Assembly: GCA_008632985.1 (NCBI GenBank) | Contig: QPGO01000064.1 | Span: 186,001 to 250,000, forward strand | DNA length: 64,000 nucleotides | Direction of reading: 5' to 3' | DNA from: Psammoneis japonica | Taxonomy: Eukaryota | Shown here: positions 37,501 through 49,989 of the stretch, one piece after another | Layout: the number at the start of each line of letters is the position of its first letter | Position numbering within the stretch: the first letter of the stretch is position 1 | Notes under the pieces: generated by a model | What the model saw: only the letters and a program-made list of their open reading frames with translations | Database searches by the model: none | Told to the model about the DNA's origin: nothing | Translations under genes and position numbers: made by a program

Positions 37501-38573
37501 CTCCAACGTGGGTGGGTGAGCTCATTGCTGCTGGTGCCCTGCTTCGTTGCTGTTGACGATGATCCTGTGTCATTGCTGCTGTTGACGATGATGATCCTTT
37601 TGCTGAGGAGGAAGTTGCTCTGGTTGGCACAAGTGTTGAAGCAAGTGAGAAGCCAAACAATGGCTTGAACAGCCCACCAGATGTGGGAGCGCCAGTGGAT
37701 GATCCAGAAAATTGCATGGATGATGTGCTGCTGCAATGAGCAGAGGATGTCGGGATGATGTTGTTTTGTTTTGTTGTTCAACAGAGAGAAGGAGAGGGTG
37801 GAGGAGAGAAACCCTTGGCGCTGATTCTGCTTTTGCTGTTGATGACAATTCTGTTGCCAAGGAGGAATTCATTCTGGCAGCAGACAAGGAGCTTGGCCAT
37901 GCCTTGAATGACACGTGGCAGATGCGGGAGAGCCGGCGGACACAGCTTCTTTTGGAAGGAACCTGTCATGGTGGGCAATGATGGTCATTGCAACATGACA
38001 GCATTCTAGGAGAATGCAGAGTTTTGCCAGATGACAACGTTGATCCAGTGGATGTTGTCTTTGTTGTTGCAAAGAACGAGGAGAAAGCAGCCTGTTCTGT
38101 GCTGTCTCTTTGAGACCTGGGCCCGGAGCAACGCGCTGCGTCTTTTGTTTGTCTGCGAGTAAATCCAGCTGCCGAACAGGCTCAGCCACTCACAGTCTTA
38201 GTGCGACAGCGTGAACACAACCAACAAGATGCTTCTGGGCCTGTTGCAACTACAACAGATGCAACAAGTGAGACCGATTGGTGGTCATGGTCACTTTCCC
38301 ACCGATGCCACGTCACAGTCCCGCCACTTCAACTCACAGAGCGCACTGGACAGTCTCTGATGCATTGGATTTCACTTGGTCCCCTCGAAATGTGCCTGAC
38401 TCGTAAGGCACAATTCGATCCAATGCTGTGTTGGCAGTCCAACTCAAACAATCTTGACTTGTCAATCGACATAAAAACCCTTGCCAGGGAAAAGTCGCCA
38501 ATCCTCTGTGCATGGTGCAAACCCTCACTGGGGAAGAAACTCACCACCACTCCACGCATCCGTCTCAATGCGT

Positions 38574-41500
38574 GAACTTGTCCAACAGAAAATTCCGTCT
38601 GACAGACGACATGACCTTTGTGAACAGATCGCCAAGGTTTGTCTCTGTTCCCTCCTTTGCAATCCAACAGTCCCCGCAGCAACAGCTTCGCGGTTACGGT
38701 GACACGCAATGGAGTGATGCTTCTTCTTGAGTGTAGACTCAGGAACAGAGCAATTCTTGCAGACGGCCTCATTGTCACAGAAGACATTTGTTGGCCCTTC
38801 GATCGGTGCCCCAAACATTCAAAGCTTACATCGTAGACCCTCTGTGAGCTCGATGGCATTCTTGAGTGCAACGATCTCAGCCCCAAATGTGCTGGCCTCC
38901 ACGGCATTCTGACGCTTCGAGTGCCACACGATGGGTGCCCGATTGACAAACATCAAGACACCTGCATGGCTGCGACGATCGGCAACATTTCCGGCATGGT
39001 TGGCATCCACAAAACAATGTGTCGACACCACATTGCCTCGGGCTGGTGGTGCATTTGTCGGGATGGCTTCTCTTGCATCTCGGTGGAAGTCGCGCCAGTC
39101 GCACTTCACGAATCGCGATTCATCGATCTTGGGATGAGCCGGATCAAATGCTGCTTGGCGCTTTGGAACCTGTTTGAGGTGTGCAAAGACATGCAGCACC
39201 TGTTCCAGATGACCAATGCGAGGAAGAGCGAGGTGAGCAGACATTGACGAAACCTCCAAATGGATGTCCACTCCACCGAGTTCCACAGCCCAAACCAGTG
39301 CACCAATCAGCTCTTGACAGCAGTGAAGTCCTTCAGCGTCCAGTTTGCCAGCAGTGTCTAGCTCGGGTTTGCATCCACTGCTCAATGGGGTTGTCACCTT
39401 GCCAGGCAGATGTTTCCCCTCCTTGCCAAGCCTGTCCTCTACATTTTGGACAGCGGACTTGCAGCACTTCTCTGCAGACATTGCCCAACAGGTGGTCCCA
39501 TCGGCCAAAGTCATCCTGGAGAGTGCAGCACCGAGGTGAGAATCCGGTTCGGCCACCTTGTCACCCTTGAGCTTGAACTTGGACCTGATGCCGTCCATCG
39601 TCTTCATGGGTTCGTGACTGATCGACAGCACGTCGCCCACATAAACTAGAACGCATTCGCAGTGCTCGAATCCGTCGGGTTTCACCGCAGGTCGCATCCA
39701 TGCATCTGGATCAGCCTTGCTCAGTTTGTGCCCTGGGATCACAAAGCGTCTCCGCCAGGAATGCCCTGAACGCTGCTCTGGAGCTCTTCAATCCATGTAG
39801 AGCCCTGACCACAATCATGATGCAACCTTCATCCTCGCCAAACTCGGAACCTGCCCTGGTCCAAATCTTCTCCCTGCAAGGGGCAGCAAGGTGGGCGTTC
39901 TGGATGTCACGTGCAAAGACTTGTGAGTCATTGAGTTGCAGCAAGTGTCAGTGCAATCCTCACCGAATCCCGAGAGATGACAGAGGAGCAAGTGATGTGT
40001 GCGGGGGTTTCAGCAGTGTGGCCTCCAGCCACCATACGAGCTTTATGGTGGAAGTTTTCTCCCAATTTGACATCAAAAATCACATGGCACTTCACTTCCT
40101 GGAAACCAGGCGCCATGTCCTTAAGCTCCCCTTCATGCTTGTCAAAAGCAACCTGCACATTCTTCATCTCCATGCAAATGGCGTCCCACCACAGGGTGTT
40201 GCCATTTGCGCGATCGATCTGGATCGCCTCCTCGACACTCTTTGGGATCCGCATGCCAAACTTGTGTGTTCGTAGCCAATGCTTCGACTTGACCTTCGCA
40301 GTGGAACGCTTGCGGGTTTTCATGACATGAGGAACCCACCAAGCAAACGCTGCTTCATTCGAGATCTTGTGCTGAATGGCAAACTCGGCAACTTGGACTG
40401 GGAAGCTCTCCTTCGCAATCTTCAAGTCGATCCAAGTCGCACTTCCGTCCTTCCATTGGAGTGGGAGTTCCCATCCTTTGGCAGTCTTGCGCCTCTTCTG
40501 AACGCCTCGCTCGGTCTCAAAGAACTCGGATTCAGGAACGTCCCCGTTGGTGCGGCAATCAACGATCTCGTCAAATGAGACATGCCGGTTTCCGTCCTCA
40601 TCGATCTGAGCAAACATTCATGGCGATGGAGTTAGCAGAGAGCACAGCATGGTGCCCATCAGGGTGCTCCACCTCATGCATCCTTGTGTCAAGGATGGGA
40701 TTGTCATTGGCTGTTCCTGTCGGAATGCCATTGGCGTCTCTCAACCTCTTCATGACACGAGCAAACTCAGGACCGTCATCATCTCTTGGAAGCGCAACTT
40801 CCATGTTAAGGTGTCCCCAGTCCGCCACCTCCGGTGAGGCTTCCTCGTCTTTCTTGTCGTCATCGTCATTTGTTGCCTCCTCTGAGGACATGACACGATC
40901 ACACTCATCGAGGAATTCATCGTCGTATCCAAGGCGGTCTTTCCAGTCTTCGGGACTGATCTTGCGATCCTCGTCGTCGGGAAAGTCTTGCTCCTTCAAC
41001 CGGCGCTTGATCTCCTCGTCAAAACTGTCAAACTTTGCCTTTTTCTCTTGAGCAGCGGCTTCTAAATTGGTGACTCGTTGAACAGAAGTTCTCGAAATGA
41101 CACTGCCTGTCTGTGTCAAAACGTGGTGCGACATGAGACTCCCTGTTCTGTGAGATGCACCAAGCCACCTGCCAAGCTTCTCGTCCCCCAGACCGGCATT
41201 CTCCCTGTGCCAGACCCAATCATAAAATCCAAAGTCAAGGCACTCCGAGATGTCCACGGTCTCTCCGAGAATGTTCTCCAGTGGCACTCCAGCATCCAAA
41301 TGATGGGCTCTAAGGAATGTGCGAGACATGGTCTCACATGTCCACACAAATCCACAGTCCCACAGTCGCCGCGGCACTTGCTTCTTGACCATGATGCGGA
41401 ACCACTTGCGTCTGACCTCGCGCACAACCCCTTCTGCAGGATTCTGGTTGTGTCGATTGGGTTCGACGACATGACAATCTGTGCCCTCCTTGCGCACAGT

Positions 41501-42798
41501 CTTCATGAACTCCGTGCCAGGTTTCGTTTGCTCCTTAGATCCATCCATCAGGAGTTTCTCTGGCACGCCAAATTCCTGGCAAAACGTCTTGAGAGCCTCG
41601 CCAGCCTTGCTCTTCTTGTCCATGGGATAAATCGAAGTGAAGTGTTGCTTGTTTGTAAAGATCTGGGCATGTCGATTGCCCTCCAACGAAACCACCTTGC
41701 CATCAACCGTGTCGGTTGCCCATTCACCCCGTAACCCAGGCTTCATGAACATCCGATCGGCCCGGGCAGCGTCAACCCATTGGCATCAATGCTGACCTGA
41801 TGAGCTTTTGCGCAGTCTTCTTGAGCGTGTTTGCTGCTTGCTTGAGTCCCACGCACCATCGTTCACTCAAGTCAGCAGCCGATGCATCACTGTGTCTCTC
41901 CTTTGAACATGAATGTCTTCGGGAGTGCTGAGTCTTCAGGTCCTTCGCCGATTGTTTCCGTGGCAGAGATCTGGGCTGTTGACTCCGATTCCACATTAAC
42001 GGCATCTGTGAGCCTCAATTGGACTTGATCGACTCCATGAATGAATCGCTCATCGCAACAGTCCCCGGATTGAGGGTTGCTGTGGGCAGGATCGGCTTTG
42101 AACTCGTGTGTCAGATTGGTGTGGATCGTCGCAATTGACCGAACTAGCTCCATTTCCTCCTCCGCAGATTGTCGAGTTCCAACAGATTTGAACCCAACGG
42201 TCTGTGGATCCCAAGGTTGTTGGGAGGTCATCTGGATCTTGGGGCATTCGTGCAACTCCTGTTCTGCAGGAGTGCGAGTCGCCGCAACGATGTTGGCCCC
42301 CACAGCTTCAAGCGGCATCATGAATGATCCATCCTCTGTGAGGACACACAGTGGTGAATCGGAGCAGGGGTTGTCCTGAACCTCAACACCAAAGTGCCGC
42401 AGCTGGTTTGGGTTGACCAGCGAGTGCTCCATGGACTCCGGCATCCACAAGCCCTCGTGGAAGACCAGAATAAAAGTTGCTCCCGATGTCGGTGACGTCC
42501 ACGCCGTGGCTGCCGAGACAATTGGGACACTCTTGATGGAATCGCATCCCTTGTTAAAAGGCGATGCGTCACATTCTCGTCCAGAATGACCTGAGAGAGT
42601 AAAGTTTTGACCCAAAACAGTGGTGTCAGCATGCGAATCCATTTCAAGGTGTCCATGTTGTGCCTTTCTCATGTCACGGATGTGAGTGATTCGTGTGGTG
42701 TCAGACCGCGTTGCCGAGACACGCCGTGTCGACCTCACAGACGCGTTCATTGCAGCGACATGGACACTGCTCCTTTGATCGATGTGGCTGTCCCCCAC
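38574..42798 (-). pseudogene. Copia Pol (protease, integrase, RT, RNase H), frameshifted
   Basis: EMDSHADT (PR); TDT..DGSKEQ..QNPAEG (INT); KARMVAGGH, DIQNAHL, ALHGLKSS, LVYVGD (RT); FVDANHAG, STFGAE, CDNEAV, KKHHSIACH (RNase H). Confidence 0.92.
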
Positions 42799-42859
42799 CC
42801 CAATGCAGCAACCACAACAAGAAGTTTATGATGCAACAAAGCAGGGTCCAGCTTGGCAG

Positions 42860-44287
42860 TCATTTGTTCTTTCCTCTGCGCTTTTCGCTGCGACCACCGA
42901 ATGCGTCTCCGGCATTGTCTCCGTCTTTGCCGCCAGCCCTTGATTCATCATCACCAGAATCGGCGCTGGCATTGGTGTTCAGGGCGGAGATTTTGCGGTT
43001 CGCTTCTTTAAGCTGCAATGACAGCTTCCGATTCTTCTTCTTGAGCGACTTTACGGATGCAGCACGGCGTTTGGTTGGTTCAGGTTGTTTGGCAACACCC
43101 AGACGCACGCACTCGTCGACAACCTTCTGTTTGTCCTCCTTGCTCAACTGGTGCCAATTTTTGTGGCATCCAGTGTCAATGGATCCATCCTCATCATGGA
43201 TGGTGCCACCCTCTTTTCCTCCTCCAGAGGCGACTGCGGCAATCGCACGACGATGCGCAATCGTCTCTGGAAGGGTGGCGACTTTGGCAGCAAGATGATT
43301 GGCCGCCGTGGTGAACGTGATGCCTCCTCCAAACTCATTCTGTGCCTTCAAGGTCTCAACTGCTGCTTGCAGTGATTGGTGCTGCGTCTTCTCAAAAAGG
43401 ATCCACAATTTCTGGGCCTCCGTTTTCGGTTCGTCGTTCTCCTCAAAAATGTCAAACATTTCTTGGAGCTTGTTGACAAATGATTCAAATGGCACAGCAC
43501 GCTCACTCTTGCAATGGAGGGTGTTCTCCATGCGCTCGGCTTCAGAGACACGGCGGGAGGCATTTCCTTCTCCCTGGTGATGGTCACACAACGCCCTAAA
43601 GTCAACTCGTCCGTTCTGCTCATTCTTGTGGTCTTTCAACCATTGCTCACTGGGTGTGCCCGTGGCAAGGGACTCGATGAGCAAATGAACCATGCGAGTG
43701 TCAGCCTTGAAAGCTGGGCCTTGGAGGGGTGCACATGCAATGCACTTCTGGACAAAAGTGTTGTGGCCTTGGGGTTCAGGTGCATCGTTTTGACGCATGC
43801 AATGCACTGACGGCACGCCAGAGACTCCCAGCATGACACCAAGCACATTCGTCAAGCCGGTGCTCCACTTGGCCCAATCCTTTTCGCTCTCTAACATCCC
43901 GGGTGACGCCTCTTTACTGAGAGAGTCAGCAGTGGTCTTGGTCTGGGAATGGATCTCGGCACGACTGAGTGCCGTCTGGAGAGCAGCACGGAAAGTTGCC
44001 TGGTCAAGCCCATCCAGAGCAGGGTTCTCGCTCACACGACCAAAGTCCTGCACCCAATGGATGAGAGCTTTGAGTCGATGACCATGGGCCAAACCAAAAT
44101 GAATGCGCCCTTCAGCAACCGTCCTCCTAGCGTGTGATGATGCGAGAGAATCGATGTCCTCTTCCTCGAGGTCTTCCAAATCATCAAAAGACGCAAAGTC
44201 CGCCATGAGCGAGACTCGTTGAGCTGGATCAACAAATCCGATCCATCTGAGAGCTGTCTTGATGGGATCCGGAGGAGCTGCCGCCAT
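42860..44287 (-). CDS. Copia Gag
   Basis: 475-aa ORF downstream of the 5' LTR; RLKALIHWV, GVP...R, D.R.VH.LI, LH(Y>C)K.ERA, AGDAFGG. Confidence 0.85.
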   Translation of the reverse strand: MAAAPPDPIKTALRWIGFVDPAQRVSLMADFASFDDLEDLEEEDIDSLASSHARRTVAEGRIHFGLAHGHRLKALIHWVQDFGRVSENPALDGLDQATFRAALQTALSRAEIHSQTKTTADSLSKEASPGMLESEKDWAKWSTGLTNVLGVMLGVSGVPSVHCMRQNDAPEPQGHNTFVQKCIACAPLQGPAFKADTRMVHLLIESLATGTPSEQWLKDHKNEQNGRVDFRALCDHHQGEGNASRRVSEAERMENTLHCKSERAVPFESFVNKLQEMFDIFEENDEPKTEAQKLWILFEKTQHQSLQAAVETLKAQNEFGGGITFTTAANHLAAKVATLPETIAHRRAIAAVASGGGKEGGTIHDEDGSIDTGCHKNWHQLSKEDKQKVVDECVRLGVAKQPEPTKRRAASVKSLKKKNRKLSLQLKEANRKISALNTNASADSGDDESRAGGKDGDNAGDAFGGRSEKRRGKNK

Positions 44288-45608
44288 GGTGGCACCTACA
44301 CCAGCAGGAAAACAGAGTCATGTGAGAAATCATAAATCAAAAGGATGTCTCGGTCTGTGTTGACGACAACACACAGCCATTGGAAGCATGGAGACTGGCC
44401 ATGTCTCCTCACTGCTTGTGCATTCACTGATGCCAGGCAACGATAATCATCATACACCCTTCGATCGACCGGCGTTCGTTGTCACAACCCTGCCACATTG
44501 GTGCGATCGTCTCTTCACAGTTGTTCAATGCTTTTCGTCAAACCAAACCTGAGTTGACGACTTGGCTCTGACAAAGCGAGTAAATCTAGCTGCCGAGTGG
44601 GCTCAGCCACTCACAGTCTTAGTACGATAGCGCGAATACAACCAATAAGATGCTTCTAGGCCTGTTACAACTACAACAGATGCAACAAGTGAGACCGATC
44701 GGTGGTCATGGTCACTTTCCCACCGATGCCACGTCACAGTCCCGCCACTTCAACTTATAGAGCGCACTAGACAGTCTCTGATACATCGGATTTCACTCGT
44801 CTGAAACTGGGCGTGTCGTGCGCACACCGCAAGGATTCATCAGCATCGATCACGCCATTTCTTGTTGATGCGTTCGAGTTGAACAAACGAAAACGCCAAC
44901 CATGACGAATGAAATTACCCACCGGATTTGTGGTTCGCTGAGGTCTCTCATCCCGAACGTAACTTCCATTGGTTGACCGCGGTGAAAAAAAAAAAACGAG
45001 TGCTCAGCGTCAAAATTTGCCTTGTGACAGATGAAGACATGACTGGTGAAATGTGTGTGACGGTGGTGTGCATGCAGCATGCATGCATGCAAGCAGTCTA
45101 CAATGCATCTATCCTCTGTCAATTTATTTGCCTGGGCCTGGGTTGTGCTTGTCTGACTCACCTGGTAACGGTTGCGAACGAAAAGAGTTCACGAGACGTT
45201 TTTTTTTGGAATTCCGATCAATGAGATCATATTACACCACAAAGCACAAAGCACGTTTCGACTGTCTGTCGAGGGCGGTTAAGCCAAAGCACGATTCGGC
45301 AGTCAAGGCTCACTGCTCGAATCAGAACTTTGAACCAAGCATGTCGAATGTAGAAGTGGCAGTACAAGCCCCAATCCTACGGCAGTCGAGTGACGCATTC
45401 AACATTCAAATAACAAGCACGATTCGCAACCATCCGCCGGTATAGTACCACCTGCCAGAACTTCACACAATTCCTGCTGAACACTGAACACCAAACTATT
45501 CGTAAGTACTTTCAAGGCAGATATCCAAACATGGCCGTATAGCTACACTCTTACATGACTAGTTTTCTGATATCTCCTTCGTCTGCAAGCACAGATTTTT
45601 GAACAAGA

Positions 45609-47604
45609 ATGAGTAAAAGTGGCACCGGTGGCTTTGCATTTGGAAGCGCAGACTTGGTGACGCTTGATCCCATCAAAGAAGACGAACTTTATGTTGTCGT
45701 AGAGGAGGATGTAATAGACGCCAAATCGGAAGTGAAACATGCCAAAGCCAAGACTGCCTCGTTGGCAGCCGCGGCAGAAAAGGATATGGCCGAGCTCGCA
45801 TCTCTTATTGGAAAACTCAAGACGAGTACAGCCAGCAAAAAGGAAAAGGAACGATACGAATCGCTGCATGCCAAGCTTGTTGAGCGAGTGGAGGAAGCAG
45901 AGAAATCAAAGCACAAGCTTTCCACCGCAGAGAAAAAGTACTATGAGACATCGACAAAGTTCAAGGAGAAGGAACTTCTTGTGGCTCTGAAAGCAAAAGA
46001 GATTAGGAGCGTCATTCGTGCCGTCTGCGCTGCCGAGTCTGTTGACTTGGCATTCCTTCTGGACTGCACGTCATCCATGTCCCCCCACATAAAGGCAGTC
46101 AAGCAACACATCAAGGACATTGTTCATCAAATTATGCGCACCAATGGAAGTCTCAAGATTCGCCTAGCCTTAGTGGGATACAGAGATTTCTGTGACAAAG
46201 GGGATCGGCTTGAGGTTCTCGACTTCGTCTCGTCGGTCGAAAGCTTTGAGGGCTTTGTGGACAAAATTGTGGCCAAAGGCGGCGGTGATACACCTGAAGA
46301 TGTGGCTGGAGCGGTACAAGAGGCTCACGCCCTAAGCTGGAAGCACCCAACGAGGGTCGTGTTTCTCATTGCTGATGCGCCGTGCCACGGAACTCGCTTT
46401 CATTCCAACAGCGACGACTATCCCAAGGGATCGCCTGGAGTTGACATTGAATCCGAGCTCAAGACGCTTGCTTCTCTACACGACGCTGAAGGCTCCATGT
46501 CACTTCATTTCGGCAAGATCAATGACTCCACGGACAAGATGATTGGTCGTTTCCGCAAAAGTGGAATTGACATTGAAGTTGTGCCAATTAAAGATGCTTC
46601 ATCCCTGACAGCATCTGTGACTCGAGGTGTCCGTAAGTCCATCTTCAAGACTATGTCTGTGACGGACAGCGGAATGAAATCAATGTCATTTGCGCCTATA
46701 GTGTCATCGGGGCGCTCTACGTCCTCGAAACGGTCTCTTTCGAGCAGGCTACTTCGTCGTCGTCGCAGTGACAGTGATGTCAGCCTCAAAGATTATAGAA
46801 TCTCGGAGCGGGTTCCAAGCGCACTCGAATGGAAGAAGCAACCGGCTGTTGCTGTGAAGGTCTTTCGTAACGAGAAGATCAATGACATTGAAGATCTTCA
46901 ACGTCCGATTGGAATAGGAATGCTGCGGTTCTCGGACAAGAAGCGCACAGACATTACCAAACTGTCGACCATGTACATGCGACGCGCTCCAAGGCCGTTT
47001 GCGGAAGGAGAAATTCGGCTAGCATATCATGCACAGCTTGCACGCACTGTTTCGGGCCTGAAAGCGGAGAGCAGCAAGATGGTGATGAAGTCGTTCAAGT
47101 ACAACGGAGATGGCCTCAATGATCGTGGACAGTATTTCAAGCAAATTGAAGTTTCAAATATTGCATACTTCCTCGCAAACATGTACAACAAATCCGAGTA
47201 TCGCCCAAGCCACTGCGGTCGAATTGCTTCCTGGAGTCGTGCGTGGTGGAAGAGGAGGCTGACGTGAATGAACGTAGTGGCAATCGTCGTTTTTGTGCGG
47301 AAGCTCCTCTCCCTACTGGCGGTTCCGAGTTTACAAGTATTCCAACAATACTGGACACTGGAATGAGGACAACCTTGATGAAACCCTTTTGCGTTTTTCT
47401 GAATTTACATTCATGATAACGCGCGAGTTTCTAATGGTGACAGACTTGCAGGGTGTTTGTAAAGATGGCGAGTACTTCCTCACGGACCCTGCAATTTTGT
47501 GCCAGGACTCCCTTCGTTTCGGTCATACGAATCTTGGTGAGGGTTTCATGAAAAAGTGTATCTATTCGACCCGTGCGTTGATGGCGGACAACGGGTGGCG
47601 TTAA
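45609..47604 (+). CDS. vWA-domain alpha-kinase (VwkA-like architecture); frameshifts at ~47230 and ~47330
   Basis: DLAFLLDCTSSM, GGGDTPEDV, LIADAPCHG (vWA). FAEGEIRLAY, KYSNNTG, VTDLQGV, LTDPAI, FGHTNLG (alpha-kinase). Confidence 0.9.
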
Positions 47605-47969
47605 CCTAGTTTTTAAAAATGTGGGTTGGATTGGAAGGAACGATTACGTAACCTCTAAGTGAATATTGTCAGTTTGCGCGTTCCGATCGAAGCGTCTTGA
47701 TTAAGAAAGATGATACCGGTAGTCCTAGGTTCCTTCCCTAGTCGTTTTTGACAAACTCAGTCCTGTGTGTTAGCAGAACGAAACAAAGTACAAAACACTT
47801 GCTGGAGCGTAACTACATCTGCGCGACAAATTCTGATGCGAGAGTCCATCCTGATTGGCGACTAATTCTTAGACAGTGCTCTCCTTCGTCTCGAGAGTTT
47901 CAACATGTCAGTTAGAGAGTTTACGACCTTCGACTTATTTCCCAAGTCCTCGCTACTCGGTGTTTTTTT

Positions 47970-48792
47970 TTACTTTTTGCGTTTCTTGTTTGGACGTGAA
48001 TGATCCGTTTTCCCAGATGCAGCACTCGCATGATGATGACTCCCAACCTTATCCCGGACATAATGATCCAATTCTGACAGAGTCTTGCTATCGAGTTTAT
48101 CAATCTTTATTTCCAGAGAGCTAGTCTCTCCCTTTGCAATATGTGGCGTCGTTTGCTCCAAGGCCTCTGGACACTTTAGTTCAATCTGCTGCATCACGTA
48201 TCCCAGCTCTTTACCGTTCAATAGGAACAAGTTGGAGCCCAGGCGAACCTTGGCGTCGATAGTTGGAGTAGGCGTTGCGCTTCTGGACGCAGCTGGCTTT
48301 TTACTGCTATTGTTACTGCTCTCCGCAGCCTCCTCGAACTCATCTTCTCCCATGTCGCCTGTAGATGGAGTAGCAACGCATAGCAAAGAGGTTTTCGCCA
48401 AGTGAGCGTCACAACTTTTCTATGGAGATACTTTGTTGAATCTTCGACTTACATTCTACTTTGATCTTCTTATATCGATCTTCAAATCGCTTGCTAAAAG
48501 CTTTCGCCAGAACGTAAAAGTCACTCCCCTCCATATTGTAGGTCCAGCAATTCTTCCACACGAGTCGAATATCCTCTGCTACTTCATGAGGAGTTTTATA
48601 GGTTTGTTTCCGTTCCAACTTGCGCTTGATGGTTCCCAGGTCCACCATTTTCGTAATGATCTTGGGGTAATCGTAGAGTTCTAGCCCACGCCAATCGACA
48701 GGTTCTAAAAAAGGGCCAGCATCAGCACGAGACATGAGACTATTGAGCAATTTTGATATTCGGCGAAAGCCTTCTTCGTATTTACGAGACAT
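47970..48792 (-). CDS. Bromodomain plus ET/NET domain protein (intron ~48453-48359)
   Basis: PFLEPVDW..L.DYPKII..MVDLGTIK..DIRLVWKNCWTYN; ET-like K.RLG..L..L...EL..V...I..EIKIDKLD. Confidence 0.88.
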
Positions 48793-49989
48793 GTTGAAAC
48801 GCGATAGTAATAGGGAGGTGCGGGTCGGAATCGATATCGAAAGGCAGTAAGGATCGGATTTGATTTGCAGCCGATGGAGCCGATGGCAGAGCGGGTTCTT
48901 ATGCCGCCATGTGGACTATGATGGCCATGGCCGATGCATGCGGTCATGGCACATGGCACGCGTGATAGCACGTGCGGGCGTGCGCGCAGCAGCAGGGCTG
49001 CCGCGGCATGTCTCAAGATCGCAATGCGGGCGTCACGTCATGTCATTGACCTTGACTTTGCTTGAACCTTGAATGTGCAGTGCCGGCAGATGCCAGGATC
49101 ATTGTGTGTGTGTGTGTGTGTGTGTGCTGACTGACAGTCACACCGGATTTTTCCAACCACAGCAGTCTATTTGTGCAAGTCACAACACCCCCACCTGATC
49201 ACCTGTGCCCTCTCACACACCACAACCTTGGCAGAGGTGCTGTTTCCTGCTGTTGTTGGGACTCAGCATCAAGAAATGTTGCCACCTTCAAAAGTGTGTC
49301 TCTGTTTCATGTCACACCCACCCAGCAGACGTGTTGATTGCCAGCTTCTTTGCTGCAAGCCTGCCAAAGGTCAAGTTGCACCTCACATCCTGTGCACCAA
49401 GCTCAGCACCTTGAGATTTCGGGCTGATGAGAGAACAAAAATGATGCCATTGAAGAGCTGCCTGTGCTCAGCTTTCACGTGTGTTGTGTTGTTTCTCTCT
49501 TTGTTCAGCTCAAATGCAGTTGGCTTGTGGAGCAACTTTGGCAACTTTCAAGTGGTGGAGAGGTTTGAACCTTCTCTTCTGGGGCCTGCTGTTTTGACCC
49601 CCTGCTCTAGAAATCATTTGGCACGCAGGGCGAGATGGCGCCATTCAATCATCTGCAGCACCCCAATTGATGATCTGCGCAGTTTTGTTTTTGTGCCATG
49701 GAGATCTGTTTTGGGAACCTGGGGAGGCATCTTTGGACCGAAGTGAGATCATCGAAGAGGCAGTCCAATTGCCAGTGCATTTGGGGGGTGTCCCAGCACA
49801 ATTTGTGCACACAAGAAAACACAGGATCTGTCCAGCTTTCCCAAATGCCCAATTGCACTGGATTGACAAACTCTTTAGTGTGCAAATTCCACGCAACTTT
49901 CTTTGACACTCTCACTTCCAAAGATGTCTCCCAGACCTTGGTGCGTGGCTTTCTCTGACATGTGGAGAGATCCAAAAACATCTTGGAGT

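Larger units (their letters stand above)
38155..44797 (-). mobile_element. Full-length Ty1/copia (CoDi-like) LTR retrotransposon; 222-bp LTRs at 38155-38376 and 44576-44797; 5-bp TSD CGTCT/TGTCT
   Basis: Direct LTRs, PPT-like CGAGGGGACC before the 3' LTR, and gag-PR-INT-RT-RNaseH order. Confidence 0.95.

Noticed and set aside
29282..44287. Alternative genetic code or RNA-level A-to-I editing of retroelements
   Set aside because: Host genes use Tyr normally. Changes occur on both strands, differ between sister LTRs, and also affect a DNA transposon and non-coding repeats.
38155..44797. Classical RIP (CpA->TpA) as the explanation for the LTR differences
   Set aside because: The blocks are TA-poor, stop codons are lost rather than gained, and conserved Tyr codons became Cys/His, so the direction is opposite.
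45270..45290. GCGGTTAAG as the right terminus of an element enclosing 35.4-45.3 kb
   Set aside because: No matching left terminus found.
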